A stretch of 64,000 bases of DNA, from IMG/VR virus record IMGVR_UViG_3300027967_000093; one strand, given 5' to 3'. Below are positions 1 to 8,441 of this stretch, piece after piece (the stretch's first letter is position 1; each line of letters starts with the position of its first letter). This DNA comes from a virus. The position numbers were made by a program, and so were the translations under genes. Under the pieces are notes generated by a model that was given only the letters and a program-made list of their open reading frames with translations, had not been told where the DNA came from and ran no database searches.

Positions 1-2
1 AA

Positions 3-944
3 ATCGAAACCACTGCGTCTGTAGGTTCTTCTCCTTGGGGTATCGGTGAGATTGTTTCTGGTGACCTGACTCCACGTCAAATGATGGAGAAGGCAGGTTG
101 TGACTGGTCGGTAGAAAAGGTTCCTACCTATGCCGACTATAACGGTGACAAGATCCCTACTGGTATGGAAGCTCTTGTTCGTTCTTCGGACAATAAAGTT
201 CTCACCCAAGTTGGTGGTAACTGGGAACCTTGTCAGAACGAGACTGCGTTTGAGTTCTTCAATGAGTACTGCATGGAAGGTGGTATGCAGATGGACACTG
301 CGGGTTCTCTGAAAGGCGGTAAGATGGTCTGGGCACTTGCCAAGGTCAATGAGTCTTTTGATGTTCTCAAGGGTGACCAAGTTGATTCATACTTGTTGTT
401 CTCTAACCCACACGAATACGGTAAGTCAATCGACATCCGTTTCACCCCGATCCGTGTATCATGCATGAACACTCTTGCATATGCACTGAAGGGTCGTGCA
501 ATCAATGGTGCGAAAATTAACCACCGCCGTGCGTTTGATGCGAATCACGTTAAGACTACTCTTGGTCTTGCTCATGAGAAGTTCGAACAGTACAAAGAAC
601 TGTCGCAATTCCTTGCGGGTAAACAGTTCAAGATGGAAAACTTGATTCAGTACTACAATGAAGTATTCCCACGTACTTACCAAGGTAAGAATCCACCACA
701 GGTCAAAACGTATGCTGACTTGACCACTAATGGTCAGAAGGCATTTGATGTGTTGGAGACTCAGCCGGGTGCAGAGTTCGCACGTGGTTCATGGTGGCAG
801 GCACTTAACTCAGTGACCTACCTGACCGACCACGAGATGGGTCGTGAAGCAGATTCACGTATGACCTCTGCATGGTTTGGTGCGAACCAAAACCGTAAAC
901 AACTTGCGGTTTCTAAAGCAATTGAATTTGCGGAGGCACTATAA
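3..944 (+). CDS. DUF932-family (phage/plasmid-like) protein, 5'-truncated by window edge
   Basis: Frame open from nt 3 (IETTASVGSSPWG...DLTPRQMMEKAGCDW); motifs TAGSLKGGKMVWALAK, YLLFSNPH, FTPIRVSCMNTL, GSWWQALNSVT. Confidence 0.8.
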   Translation: METTASVGSSPWGIGEIVSGDLTPRQMMEKAGCDWSVEKVPTYADYNGDKIPTGMEALVRSSDNKVLTQVGGNWEPCQNETAFEFFNEYCMEGGMQMDTAGSLKGGKMVWALAKVNESFDVLKGDQVDSYLLFSNPHEYGKSIDIRFTPIRVSCMNTLAYALKGRAINGAKINHRRAFDANHVKTTLGLAHEKFEQYKELSQFLAGKQFKMENLIQYYNEVFPRTYQGKNPPQVKTYADLTTNGQKAFDVLETQPGAEFARGSWWQALNSVTYLTDHEMGREADSRMTSAWFGANQNRKQLAVSKAIEFAEAL

Positions 945-1342
945 TGAGTGATATATTAGTCAATGCATTATGGACACCAGATGGCACTCGACTTCAGAGT
1001 TACTCACGTCATGATTATAAAGAACATGTGGATTCGACCAATGGAAAAACCTATATGGTCGATGGTGGTCTAGATTACATTAGACGTTCTGTCAACGGTG
1101 ACGAAGTTGATGCTTCGGTTTTTCTTGATGATGAATATATGTTAGTACGTGAACAAGTCACTTGGGGAACTTATGGTAAGAATGGCGACCAGCCATTACG
1201 ATATGTACCAGTAAGTGAAATGAGTAATGACCATATTCAGGCAGTACTTGATACACAGACTCGTATCTATCCACAACTTCGTAAAGTGTTAATCATGGAA
1301 CTTGAGTATCGTATTGAGAACATGATTGAGGTGAGAGACTAA
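944..1342 (+). CDS. conserved phage hypothetical protein
   Basis: TAATG-coupled ORF; motif YMVDGGLDYIRR typical of T4-like phage proteins. Confidence 0.7.
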   Translation: MSDILVNALWTPDGTRLQSYSRHDYKEHVDSTNGKTYMVDGGLDYIRRSVNGDEVDASVFLDDEYMLVREQVTWGTYGKNGDQPLRYVPVSEMSNDHIQAVLDTQTRIYPQLRKVLIMELEYRIENMIEVRD

Positions 1343-1551
1343 TGATGGTAGTTGATAGCGTAAAAGAAGTAACACAATATAAAGTGTTCTTTTATCCAGA
1401 CGAACATCCTGATATATTTGACGCACCTCTATACAAAAGAAAGTCGATGTGTATGAAGATACTAGGAAAGGCGTTCGATTTGGTCGACCCTATCATTAAA
1501 GAAGAATCCTTGGGTGCTGATAAAATCAAACTCGTTGTTTACAGTTATTAG
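1342..1551 (+). CDS. hypothetical protein
   Basis: TAATG coupling, GAGG RBS. Confidence 0.55.
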   Translation: MMVVDSVKEVTQYKVFFYPDEHPDIFDAPLYKRKSMCMKILGKAFDLVDPIIKEESLGADKIKLVVYSY

Positions 1552-1560
1552 GAGAATATT

Positions 1561-1779
1561 ATGATACCTATTATAGATGCAATACTGATTGCACTAGTTG
1601 CATCCCTTGTTATAACGGTAGTGACTTACCCAAAAAGACGTGCAAGAATCGAGGCAACATGTCTCAAAGAAAGTAAACTAAAAACGTTCACTGATGAAAT
1701 GATTATAAACTTTATCTTGTCAATCTTGTTAGTATCTGTTATAATAATAACATATATTTTGACAGGAGTATTTGAGTAA
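1561..1779 (+). CDS. small membrane protein (2 hydrophobic segments)
   Basis: GGAG RBS; two hydrophobic stretches. Confidence 0.55.
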   Translation: MIPIIDAILIALVASLVITVVTYPKRRARIEATCLKESKLKTFTDEMIINFILSILLVSVIIITYILTGVFE

Positions 1780-2041
1780 CATGGAAGAGAAAGTTGATGA
1801 CAAGTGGTACGGTAAAAACTTTGACTGGTATGTCAAGTGGGCTGCAACTGTAATTATCTTGGTTTCGGTGACATTCCGTAATGCGGGTGTCGAGTTCCGA
1901 CATTTCGACCTGTCCTTCGGTTTACTCGGTACCTTGCTTTGGTTATGGGTATCGGTGATGTGGAAAGACCGTGCACTGATTATTTTGAATGCGGTAATGA
2001 CACTTTTATTAGGGTCAGCACTAATAAAGGAGTTTGTGTGA
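1772..2041 (+). CDS. small multi-pass membrane protein (DUF6552-like)
   Basis: DWYVKWAAT...WKDRALIILN; three hydrophobic helices; start may be ATG 1781. Confidence 0.6.
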   Translation: MSNMEEKVDDKWYGKNFDWYVKWAATVIILVSVTFRNAGVEFRHFDLSFGLLGTLLWLWVSVMWKDRALIILNAVMTLLLGSALIKEFV

Positions 2042-3636
2042 CATTGAGTCCTCTTGATATTCATGGGATTATTAACAATACCCCCGATACAGAATTAACG
2101 TTAACTATCAAAAAACCTAGTGGGAACTTCAAACAGTTAACCTGCTGGGTCAATGATGTTTTAGAAATAAGTCCGGAGACGACAACTATACCTTGCAAGG
2201 ATAAGTCGATAGTGACTTTTCTTAACTGTGTGTTACGTCTATCGGTAACTCTCCAGAATGCAGTAGGAGTCCCTACTTTCAAGATACCCATGGTTACCGA
2301 GGTTACTGACCTAGGTGATTCCATCGAGGTTGAACTGATACAATACCGTCTGTCTGGTTTTATGCCAGAAACCTTCACTGGTTCTCTTCAACATGCCATC
2401 TCGATATGTCACAAATCATTAACAACCGAACCTACTGATAATAACATCTTATCATTGATGTCACATATAGAGTCTAAGGTAATACCTGATATACGTATCA
2501 TGGTCGCATATTCAAATGCAACTGTTCCTGTAATCAAGGCTGCGGGAGAACGTGGAATACCCTTTGTATGTCTAGGTAAGGGTATCTACCAACTAGGTAC
2601 AGGAAGTTCTCAGAGACGTATTAAAGGCAGTATGTCCGACCGTGATTCTAGTATTGGTGTTGATATTGCAGGGGATAAGTTTGTTGCGTCAAGTACATTA
2701 CGGAACATGGGATTCCCTACACCCGAGCATTATATGGTGACTCGTCTAGAACATGCACTAGGGGTAGTAGAAGACTTGGGATACCCTGTGGTGGTCAAAC
2801 CTGTAGATGGTGACCGTGGGGAAGGTGTGACTATTAATGTGGACAATGATGCCATGTTACGTGGTGCAGTCCAGAAGGGTATGAATGCGTCTATCAGTAA
2901 AGTTCTGTTGATAGAAAAACCTGTCGAAGGTGTGTGTCATCGACTCTTTATCACCAATGGAAAAATGGTCTATGCGGTAAAACGTGACCCTATTTACGTG
3001 GTAGGTAATGGTGTCGATACTATATTATCCCTTAATGAGAAAGAAAAAACTCGTCAAGATAAACGTCCGGTCTGGAATCGCGAACCCTTTGCACACTTTG
3101 ACTATACTACCGAACTGCATCTACAACTCACGGGTATGGATGGTCAGACTGTACCTGCCGAGGGTGAAGTGGTTTATCTAAGAGCCATAGAGTCTACCCA
3201 AGATGGTGGTATAGATGAGGATATGACCAAGAAGATTCATCCTGACAATATTGATATGGCGATACGCGCAACCAAAGTTTTGGGTCTGGATATTGCGGGT
3301 GTGGATATCATCGGAAAAGATTTGTCGGTACCATGGCACAAATCGGATATGGTGATTACTGACATCAATCCATCTCCTACATTCTGTGCGGCTAGTATCT
3401 CTCGTAGTTACCTACCCGAGTTCATCGATACCTATTTTGAAGGTGACTGTTGTATACCTGTCATACAAGAAGATGAAGTACTGAAAAACGTGGAGGAAGG
3501 TATTCGTTATGCAGTTCTTTCCGGTGAAAAGGTTACATGGAGTGACGGTAAAGAGTGGTACCATAAAGGTACTCATCAAGAACAACTGAGAATGTTGTTA
3601 CTCGACCCAACGTTCGATGCGTTGTTTATTGTATAA
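2038..3636 (+). CDS. cyanophycin synthetase-like ATP-grasp ligase (N + ATP-grasp domains, no full Mur-ligase domain)
   Basis: GTG 2038 with AAGGAG RBS; AAGERGIP...YQLGTGSSQRRI, IAGDK, GYPVVVKPVDGDRGEGVT, HRLFI, GLDIAGVDII, DINPSP. Confidence 0.75.
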   Translation: MTLSPLDIHGIINNTPDTELTLTIKKPSGNFKQLTCWVNDVLEISPETTTIPCKDKSIVTFLNCVLRLSVTLQNAVGVPTFKIPMVTEVTDLGDSIEVELIQYRLSGFMPETFTGSLQHAISICHKSLTTEPTDNNILSLMSHIESKVIPDIRIMVAYSNATVPVIKAAGERGIPFVCLGKGIYQLGTGSSQRRIKGSMSDRDSSIGVDIAGDKFVASSTLRNMGFPTPEHYMVTRLEHALGVVEDLGYPVVVKPVDGDRGEGVTINVDNDAMLRGAVQKGMNASISKVLLIEKPVEGVCHRLFITNGKMVYAVKRDPIYVVGNGVDTILSLNEKEKTRQDKRPVWNREPFAHFDYTTELHLQLTGMDGQTVPAEGEVVYLRAIESTQDGGIDEDMTKKIHPDNIDMAIRATKVLGLDIAGVDIIGKDLSVPWHKSDMVITDINPSPTFCAASISRSYLPEFIDTYFEGDCCIPVIQEDEVLKNVEEGIRYAVLSGEKVTWSDGKEWYHKGTHQEQLRMLLLDPTFDALFIV

Positions 3637-3639
3637 ATA
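3632..3639 (+). promoter_or_regulatory. T4-type late promoter
   Basis: TATAAATA upstream of ORF 3673. Confidence 0.6.
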
Positions 3640-3672
3640 TGGGAAACTGCATTGTAATCACAGGTACCCGTA

Positions 3673-4278
3673 ATGGATGAGAAATTAATAGCAACTGAAA
3701 TACCCGAGAGTAGGGACAGAGAACGTTTTGTTCCGGAACACCCGATAGATGGAAAGATTGACATCCCTGGCGACTTCGGAACAGTTAAGGATTTTGCACA
3801 ATGGTGGTTCTATAATAATATGCCATTTGCACCCCCACTCGATACAGAGATTTATCGTTCGGACGATGCGACCTCGATGTGTATGTTTAGACATGGAAGG
3901 TATCAGGTAGAACTCTACATGATTTTTCCTACACCTAATTTACCTATACATGAACATCCTGGCGTAGAAGTTATCAAATATAGAATGCCATACTATCCAA
4001 GTCCTGAAGGTATGGAACCAATGATTACCAGTCATATATTGAAGGCGGGTGAGGCGCATGGTGCAGGAATCAACTTTAAGGAACGTGAAGGTCAGTTGAA
4101 TAAAGGGTTCCCTTTACTCGCGTTTGAAAGATGGGACGAAGATTTAGATATGACTACTGTTGCAACTCGATGGAAGGGTGAAACGGTAGGCCCAATGCAA
4201 GAAGATTTAATTAGAAGATTCTATCCGGATGCGTATGTCGTGGACGGATATGCTGACGTGACAAGGAAAATGAAATAA
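3673..4278 (+). CDS. hypothetical protein, possible cupin-like fold
   Basis: FRHGRYQVELY...PIHEHPGVE. Confidence 0.6.
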   Translation: MDEKLIATEIPESRDRERFVPEHPIDGKIDIPGDFGTVKDFAQWWFYNNMPFAPPLDTEIYRSDDATSMCMFRHGRYQVELYMIFPTPNLPIHEHPGVEVIKYRMPYYPSPEGMEPMITSHILKAGEAHGAGINFKEREGQLNKGFPLLAFERWDEDLDMTTVATRWKGETVGPMQEDLIRRFYPDAYVVDGYADVTRKMK

Positions 4279-4970
4279 TGTTTATATCTCACCAACATAA
4301 AATCGCATACTTTTCAGTACCAAGGGTAGGGTCTAACTCTGCCCAGTATGTGTTAGAAAACAGTCAACTCCCTACTCGAGATGATGATGTGATAACCAAC
4401 CTAGATGAAATAGAATCCTTGGAGATGAATGAGGATACTCTTTCAAGACGAGATAGTCTTGCGACCAGAACTCTCAATGAATATCACATGACGCCTACAC
4501 AGGCGATTGACCAAGGACTAATCACACTAGAAGAACTTCGTGAGTATACCAGTTTTGCATTTGTCCGAGACCCTCTGGAAAGATGGGTGTCTAGATTTAT
4601 GTTGGCAAAGTCATTCGGTTTGTGGGAAGGTGATAATATAGATACCATGACTCTTGCGATACGTCATGGATTGTTCAATGGTCGAACTGACCTTGCATTA
4701 GATTTCAAATGGAACTACCGTGATTATTTTTATCACAACGATGAACTCATACTAACTCCGTACAAACTAGAGTCTATGGATACGGTTCTATCTACCGTAG
4801 TGGGTAATGCGGGAGGTTTTGCGGAGACTGATGTACCTCAGATACAACTCGGTGACCCAACACCCGAGTATCTTAAACTACCAATAGCGACTTGGATGGC
4901 CGAAGATTGCATAGACCTTCTGCGTTCATACTATGCATCGGATATCGAGTTCTACGAGTCCATCGACTAA
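4278..4970 (+). CDS. sulfotransferase-like protein (Sulfotransfer_2 type)
   Basis: MFISHQHKIAYFSVPRVGSNS (5'-PSB-like), FAFVRDPLERWVS (3'-PB-like), YYASDIEFY. Confidence 0.6.
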   Translation: MFISHQHKIAYFSVPRVGSNSAQYVLENSQLPTRDDDVITNLDEIESLEMNEDTLSRRDSLATRTLNEYHMTPTQAIDQGLITLEELREYTSFAFVRDPLERWVSRFMLAKSFGLWEGDNIDTMTLAIRHGLFNGRTDLALDFKWNYRDYFYHNDELILTPYKLESMDTVLSTVVGNAGGFAETDVPQIQLGDPTPEYLKLPIATWMAEDCIDLLRSYYASDIEFYESID

Positions 4971-5007
4971 AACTCACATTTGGGTCACATTTTATCAATA
5001 AAAACAC

Positions 5008-5036
5008 TTGACTTCTTGTTATGATTATGAGATAAT
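5008..5036 (+). promoter_or_regulatory. early sigma70-type promoter (repeat family copy 1)
   Basis: TTGACT-N17-GATAAT; 29 nt identical to copy at 21797. Confidence 0.75.
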
Positions 5037-5086
5037 GACTGTACAAATTGAGTGATGAATTCCTAAACAAAAGAGAGAAATATATA

Positions 5087-5761
5087 ATGTTTGAACATGT
5101 TCCGGTCGAATTGACCGAGATGGAAGCAGTGACCACCGATAGTGGCCGCAAATACAAAACCCCCGAAGGTGTCAACCTTCCCTCTATCACTACAGTCCTT
5201 TCGATTCTGTCACGTGACAGTATTGCCAAGTGGCGTAAACGTGTAGGTGAGGAAGAGGCGAATCGTGTCTCTTATCGTGCATCTACTCGTGGTACCTCGG
5301 TTCACGAAATCTGTGAGAAGTATGTTAACAATGACCCCAACTTCAAAGAGGGTTACACACCTGACATTATTGGTTCTTTCCTTGATTTGAAACCAATACT
5401 TGATGAACGTTTGACTAAGGTCTTCGCACAAGAAGCCCCACTATACTCCAATCATTTGGGTGTTGCGGGTCGTGTGGATTGCGTGGGTATCTTTGATGGT
5501 AAACCGTCAATCATCGATTACAAAACTTCGATGAAACCTAAACGTCTTGACTGGATTAAGAACTACTTCATGCAAGAAGCTGCGTATGCAATCATGTGGG
5601 AAGAACGTACTGGTCAACCTATCACTCAGTTGGTTACCATAATCTCGGTTGATAACAATGAACCTCAAGTGTTTATCGAACATCGAGACAACTGGGTACG
5701 ACCCCTAATCGAAACTATTGCACAATATAATGAGGAAAATTCTACTTCCCTTTTTGTATAA
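5087..5761 (+). CDS. PD-(D/E)xK exonuclease (Cas4-like, conserved in T4-like phages)
   Basis: PSITTVL, RGTSVHEICE, AGRVDCV, IIDYKTS, YFMQEAAYA; ATG 5087 more likely than TTG 5048. Confidence 0.8.
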   Translation: MFEHVPVELTEMEAVTTDSGRKYKTPEGVNLPSITTVLSILSRDSIAKWRKRVGEEEANRVSYRASTRGTSVHEICEKYVNNDPNFKEGYTPDIIGSFLDLKPILDERLTKVFAQEAPLYSNHLGVAGRVDCVGIFDGKPSIIDYKTSMKPKRLDWIKNYFMQEAAYAIMWEERTGQPITQLVTIISVDNNEPQVFIEHRDNWVRPLIETIAQYNEENSTSLFV

Positions 5762-5764
5762 ATA
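5757..5764 (+). promoter_or_regulatory. T4-type late promoter
   Basis: TATAAATA before ORF 5804. Confidence 0.7.
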
Positions 5765-5803
5765 GTGGTATAATTCAGTTATAATCACTTTTAGGAAATA
5801 GGA

Positions 5804-7105
5804 ATGATAGGGTTCAAAACTTTTTTATCGGAGGCATCTTTGACCTTCGGAGAAATCACTCGTGAGGATAGACCTGACCGAATAGAATTATTTCTCCGAA
5901 AGTATAAAGGTAATGAACCCTTTGAGTTGGTCGGTGGTGACCAAGTAGTCTTTAAGTACAATGCAGAGATTGAGAAAGCTGTTAAATCAGGAAACTCTAA
6001 ACTCGCACAGTCAATTGGACTCGAAACCCTAGATGGAACTAAACTCGCATTCGGTAAGTTATCTAAGACTGCCGAGTTCGGGGGTGGTCGTGGTTCGGGT
6101 GGTGGTGCAGCCAACACTCGTGCAACTGAATCTGCACAATGTGTTTATCTACAAGCAATCTGGGATAACCGGACAACTAAATTCTCTGCGGATGATATAC
6201 GTAACGCATATCCCAAAACGCATACAGATGCGTCTCTAGATGAAGTTCTTCTGGCTGATGAAGGATGGATCTCCTCTTCCATTACTGCCGCAAAAATTCT
6301 ACATAAAGCTCTAGGTAAAAAACAATACAGTTTCCATCGTGGATCTGGTTGGGTTGAGATATTAGAGAAGAAGTTTAAAGAGTTGAATCGCATCGAGAAA
6401 GCATTCGGTAATGTCAACAAATGGTCTCCTGCGGACATCTACATGGTCGCAAAGGGTGCAGAGAACATGTATGATATAGAGGGTGCAAAGTCTCTGGAAT
6501 ACCTGAACAACGAATTGATGAAGGCATACACTGCACGTGATATCATTGGTGTGTCGTTGAAGAAGGTAATAGGTAACAAGGTCAGACTGTCTCAAGTTAA
6601 CTATAAGAAACCATTCAAAGGTGCGAAGTTCACCAAGTCATCTTATGGTAAGAAAGATTTCTTCAAGTCCAAAGATGGTTACCTGTTTGGTGCCGGTGGT
6701 ATTGAGATGCAGTTCCGAACCTTCCCTACCTTCCAGTGCGAGATTATCGGTAAAGCTGCTAAACATGGTAAGGTATCTCATGGTGGTATTGATGCGGCTC
6801 TATATGCAACAACTCGTGATAAGACCGAGAATCGTAAGGATCTTGAGTCGTCCATCAAGAAAGATAGGGATGCGTTCCTAGACAAATTCTATGGATTCTA
6901 TGATGGTGCAGTAGATAGTCCGGTAGACAAGGAAACTTTTAAAAAGAATCTGGAAGGTAAGACAACAGAATGGTTAGTCTCTAAGTACTATGTGACTTCT
7001 ATTTTCATAATGATACAAGGTCGCGAACAACAATTCATGGATTATTTATTCCGTGTAGCAAAGTCACAATCACCGCTATCTGCGGTACACTTAAAGGTAA
7101 GTTAA
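5804..7105 (+). CDS. putative internal head protein with restriction-endonuclease-like (PD-(D/E)xK) motifs
   Basis: N-term MIGFKTFLSEA; ESAQC...NKWSPADIYM...IIGVSLKK. Confidence 0.55.
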   Translation: MIGFKTFLSEASLTFGEITREDRPDRIELFLRKYKGNEPFELVGGDQVVFKYNAEIEKAVKSGNSKLAQSIGLETLDGTKLAFGKLSKTAEFGGGRGSGGGAANTRATESAQCVYLQAIWDNRTTKFSADDIRNAYPKTHTDASLDEVLLADEGWISSSITAAKILHKALGKKQYSFHRGSGWVEILEKKFKELNRIEKAFGNVNKWSPADIYMVAKGAENMYDIEGAKSLEYLNNELMKAYTARDIIGVSLKKVIGNKVRLSQVNYKKPFKGAKFTKSSYGKKDFFKSKDGYLFGAGGIEMQFRTFPTFQCEIIGKAAKHGKVSHGGIDAALYATTRDKTENRKDLESSIKKDRDAFLDKFYGFYDGAVDSPVDKETFKKNLEGKTTEWLVSKYYVTSIFIMIQGREQQFMDYLFRVAKSQSPLSAVHLKVS

Positions 7106-7106
7106 A

Positions 7107-8441
7107 ATGGCACAAATTAAAGGCGCGCAGGGAAAGTTTCATGAAACTACTGCACTAGTAAATAGACACGGCACGTTGGTAGATAGTGGCAATCCTTTAC
7201 CTATTGTTGGCACTACAGAAAACCCTTGGGGCAAACAAGTTCTTCTAGTCGATGACGATACTGTTCAACACACTTCTAAGAATAGACGTAAAGTTTCTAC
7301 ATATGAAGTGACAGACTTCAACACATTTACATACGGAAAAGACGTAGATATTTGGGACGAACTCGTTGTTGGTACAGGTTCTTCTACCCATGATCCGTAT
7401 CTCGGTATGGTTGAATTAGAGGTTGGTTCGGATTCTGGAGATTCGATCATTCGACAAACCGCACGTATCCAGAGATATTTACCAGGCCGTGCTAATGAAG
7501 TTTCTATGTCTGTAATTTTTGGATCTCAGACATCGGGTATTCGTAAAAGATTCGGTGTATTCGATGATGACAAAGGTGCATACTTTGAAGATGATGGTGA
7601 TGACCTTTATTGTGTATTGAGAAGAGATACTGCCGGTGGAGAAGACGAAGAACGTTATTCTCGTGCAAATTGGTCTGTTGATAAGTTGGATGGTACTGGG
7701 CCGAGTGGTATCACATTAGATCTTTCTAAAATTCAATTAATGGTAATTGAGTACGAGTGGTATGGTGCAGGACAGGTTGAGTGGAAGTTTGTTATTGACA
7801 ACAATGCAATTTCTATTCATAAGATAGATCACGCTAATACTCATGACCACACTTGGGCATCACGTGGTGCACTTCCAGTTCGCATAGAATTGACAAATGT
7901 TGATGGTATTGCGGGAACTCACTCCGTGTATCAGGGTTCTCATTCATTCCTTACTGAAGGAACAACTACTCTTCTCGGAAGACAAAAAAGTATTTCTTCG
8001 GCAATTACAGGAAAATCCCTCACATCTGCTAATACTTTTTATCCTATTGTTGCGATACGACTCAAGGCAGACGCACTAAACTCTGTCGTACTACCCGATG
8101 AATATTCTGGTGCTACATTAGATAACTCAAGTATGTTTATCAGAGCAATCGAAGATGCTACTGTTACTGGCGGCACTTGGGTTTCATACGACTCTGATTC
8201 TCCTATTGAATATAATATCACCGCTACTGGTTATACCAACGGTAATATTTTAGGAACAACATATGTTTCTAGTGGTAACATGGGACAGAAAGTTGAATTT
8301 CCTGAAAGGTCGATTACTCAACTTGCCAGAAAGACCACAACAACACTAGGTGATACTACAACCACGTTCCTGATTGCTGTTGCTTCAACGGGTTCAAACA
8401 AGACGGGTTGGGCAGATCTGGGTTGGATTGAGGTAAGATAA
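7107..8441 (+). CDS. putative virion structural protein (beta-rich)
   Basis: RYLPGR, RFGVFDDDKGAYFE, IEYEWYGAGQV, LPVRIE; T/S/G-rich. Confidence 0.55.
   Translation: MAQIKGAQGKFHETTALVNRHGTLVDSGNPLPIVGTTENPWGKQVLLVDDDTVQHTSKNRRKVSTYEVTDFNTFTYGKDVDIWDELVVGTGSSTHDPYLGMVELEVGSDSGDSIIRQTARIQRYLPGRANEVSMSVIFGSQTSGIRKRFGVFDDDKGAYFEDDGDDLYCVLRRDTAGGEDEERYSRANWSVDKLDGTGPSGITLDLSKIQLMVIEYEWYGAGQVEWKFVIDNNAISIHKIDHANTHDHTWASRGALPVRIELTNVDGIAGTHSVYQGSHSFLTEGTTTLLGRQKSISSAITGKSLTSANTFYPIVAIRLKADALNSVVLPDEYSGATLDNSSMFIRAIEDATVTGGTWVSYDSDSPIEYNITATGYTNGNILGTTYVSSGNMGQKVEFPERSITQLARKTTTTLGDTTTTFLIAVASTGSNKTGWADLGWIEVR

Noticed and set aside
1939-2037. Upstream start for the ATP-grasp gene (likewise 9999, 33521, 36376, 41254)
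   Set aside because: Extensions overlap preceding genes; better RBS-supported or translationally coupled starts lie at 2038, 10071, 33569, 36451 and 41314
5087-5761. Cas4-like nuclease as sign of a CRISPR system
   Set aside because: No repeat-spacer array or other cas genes; this exonuclease is common in T4-like phages
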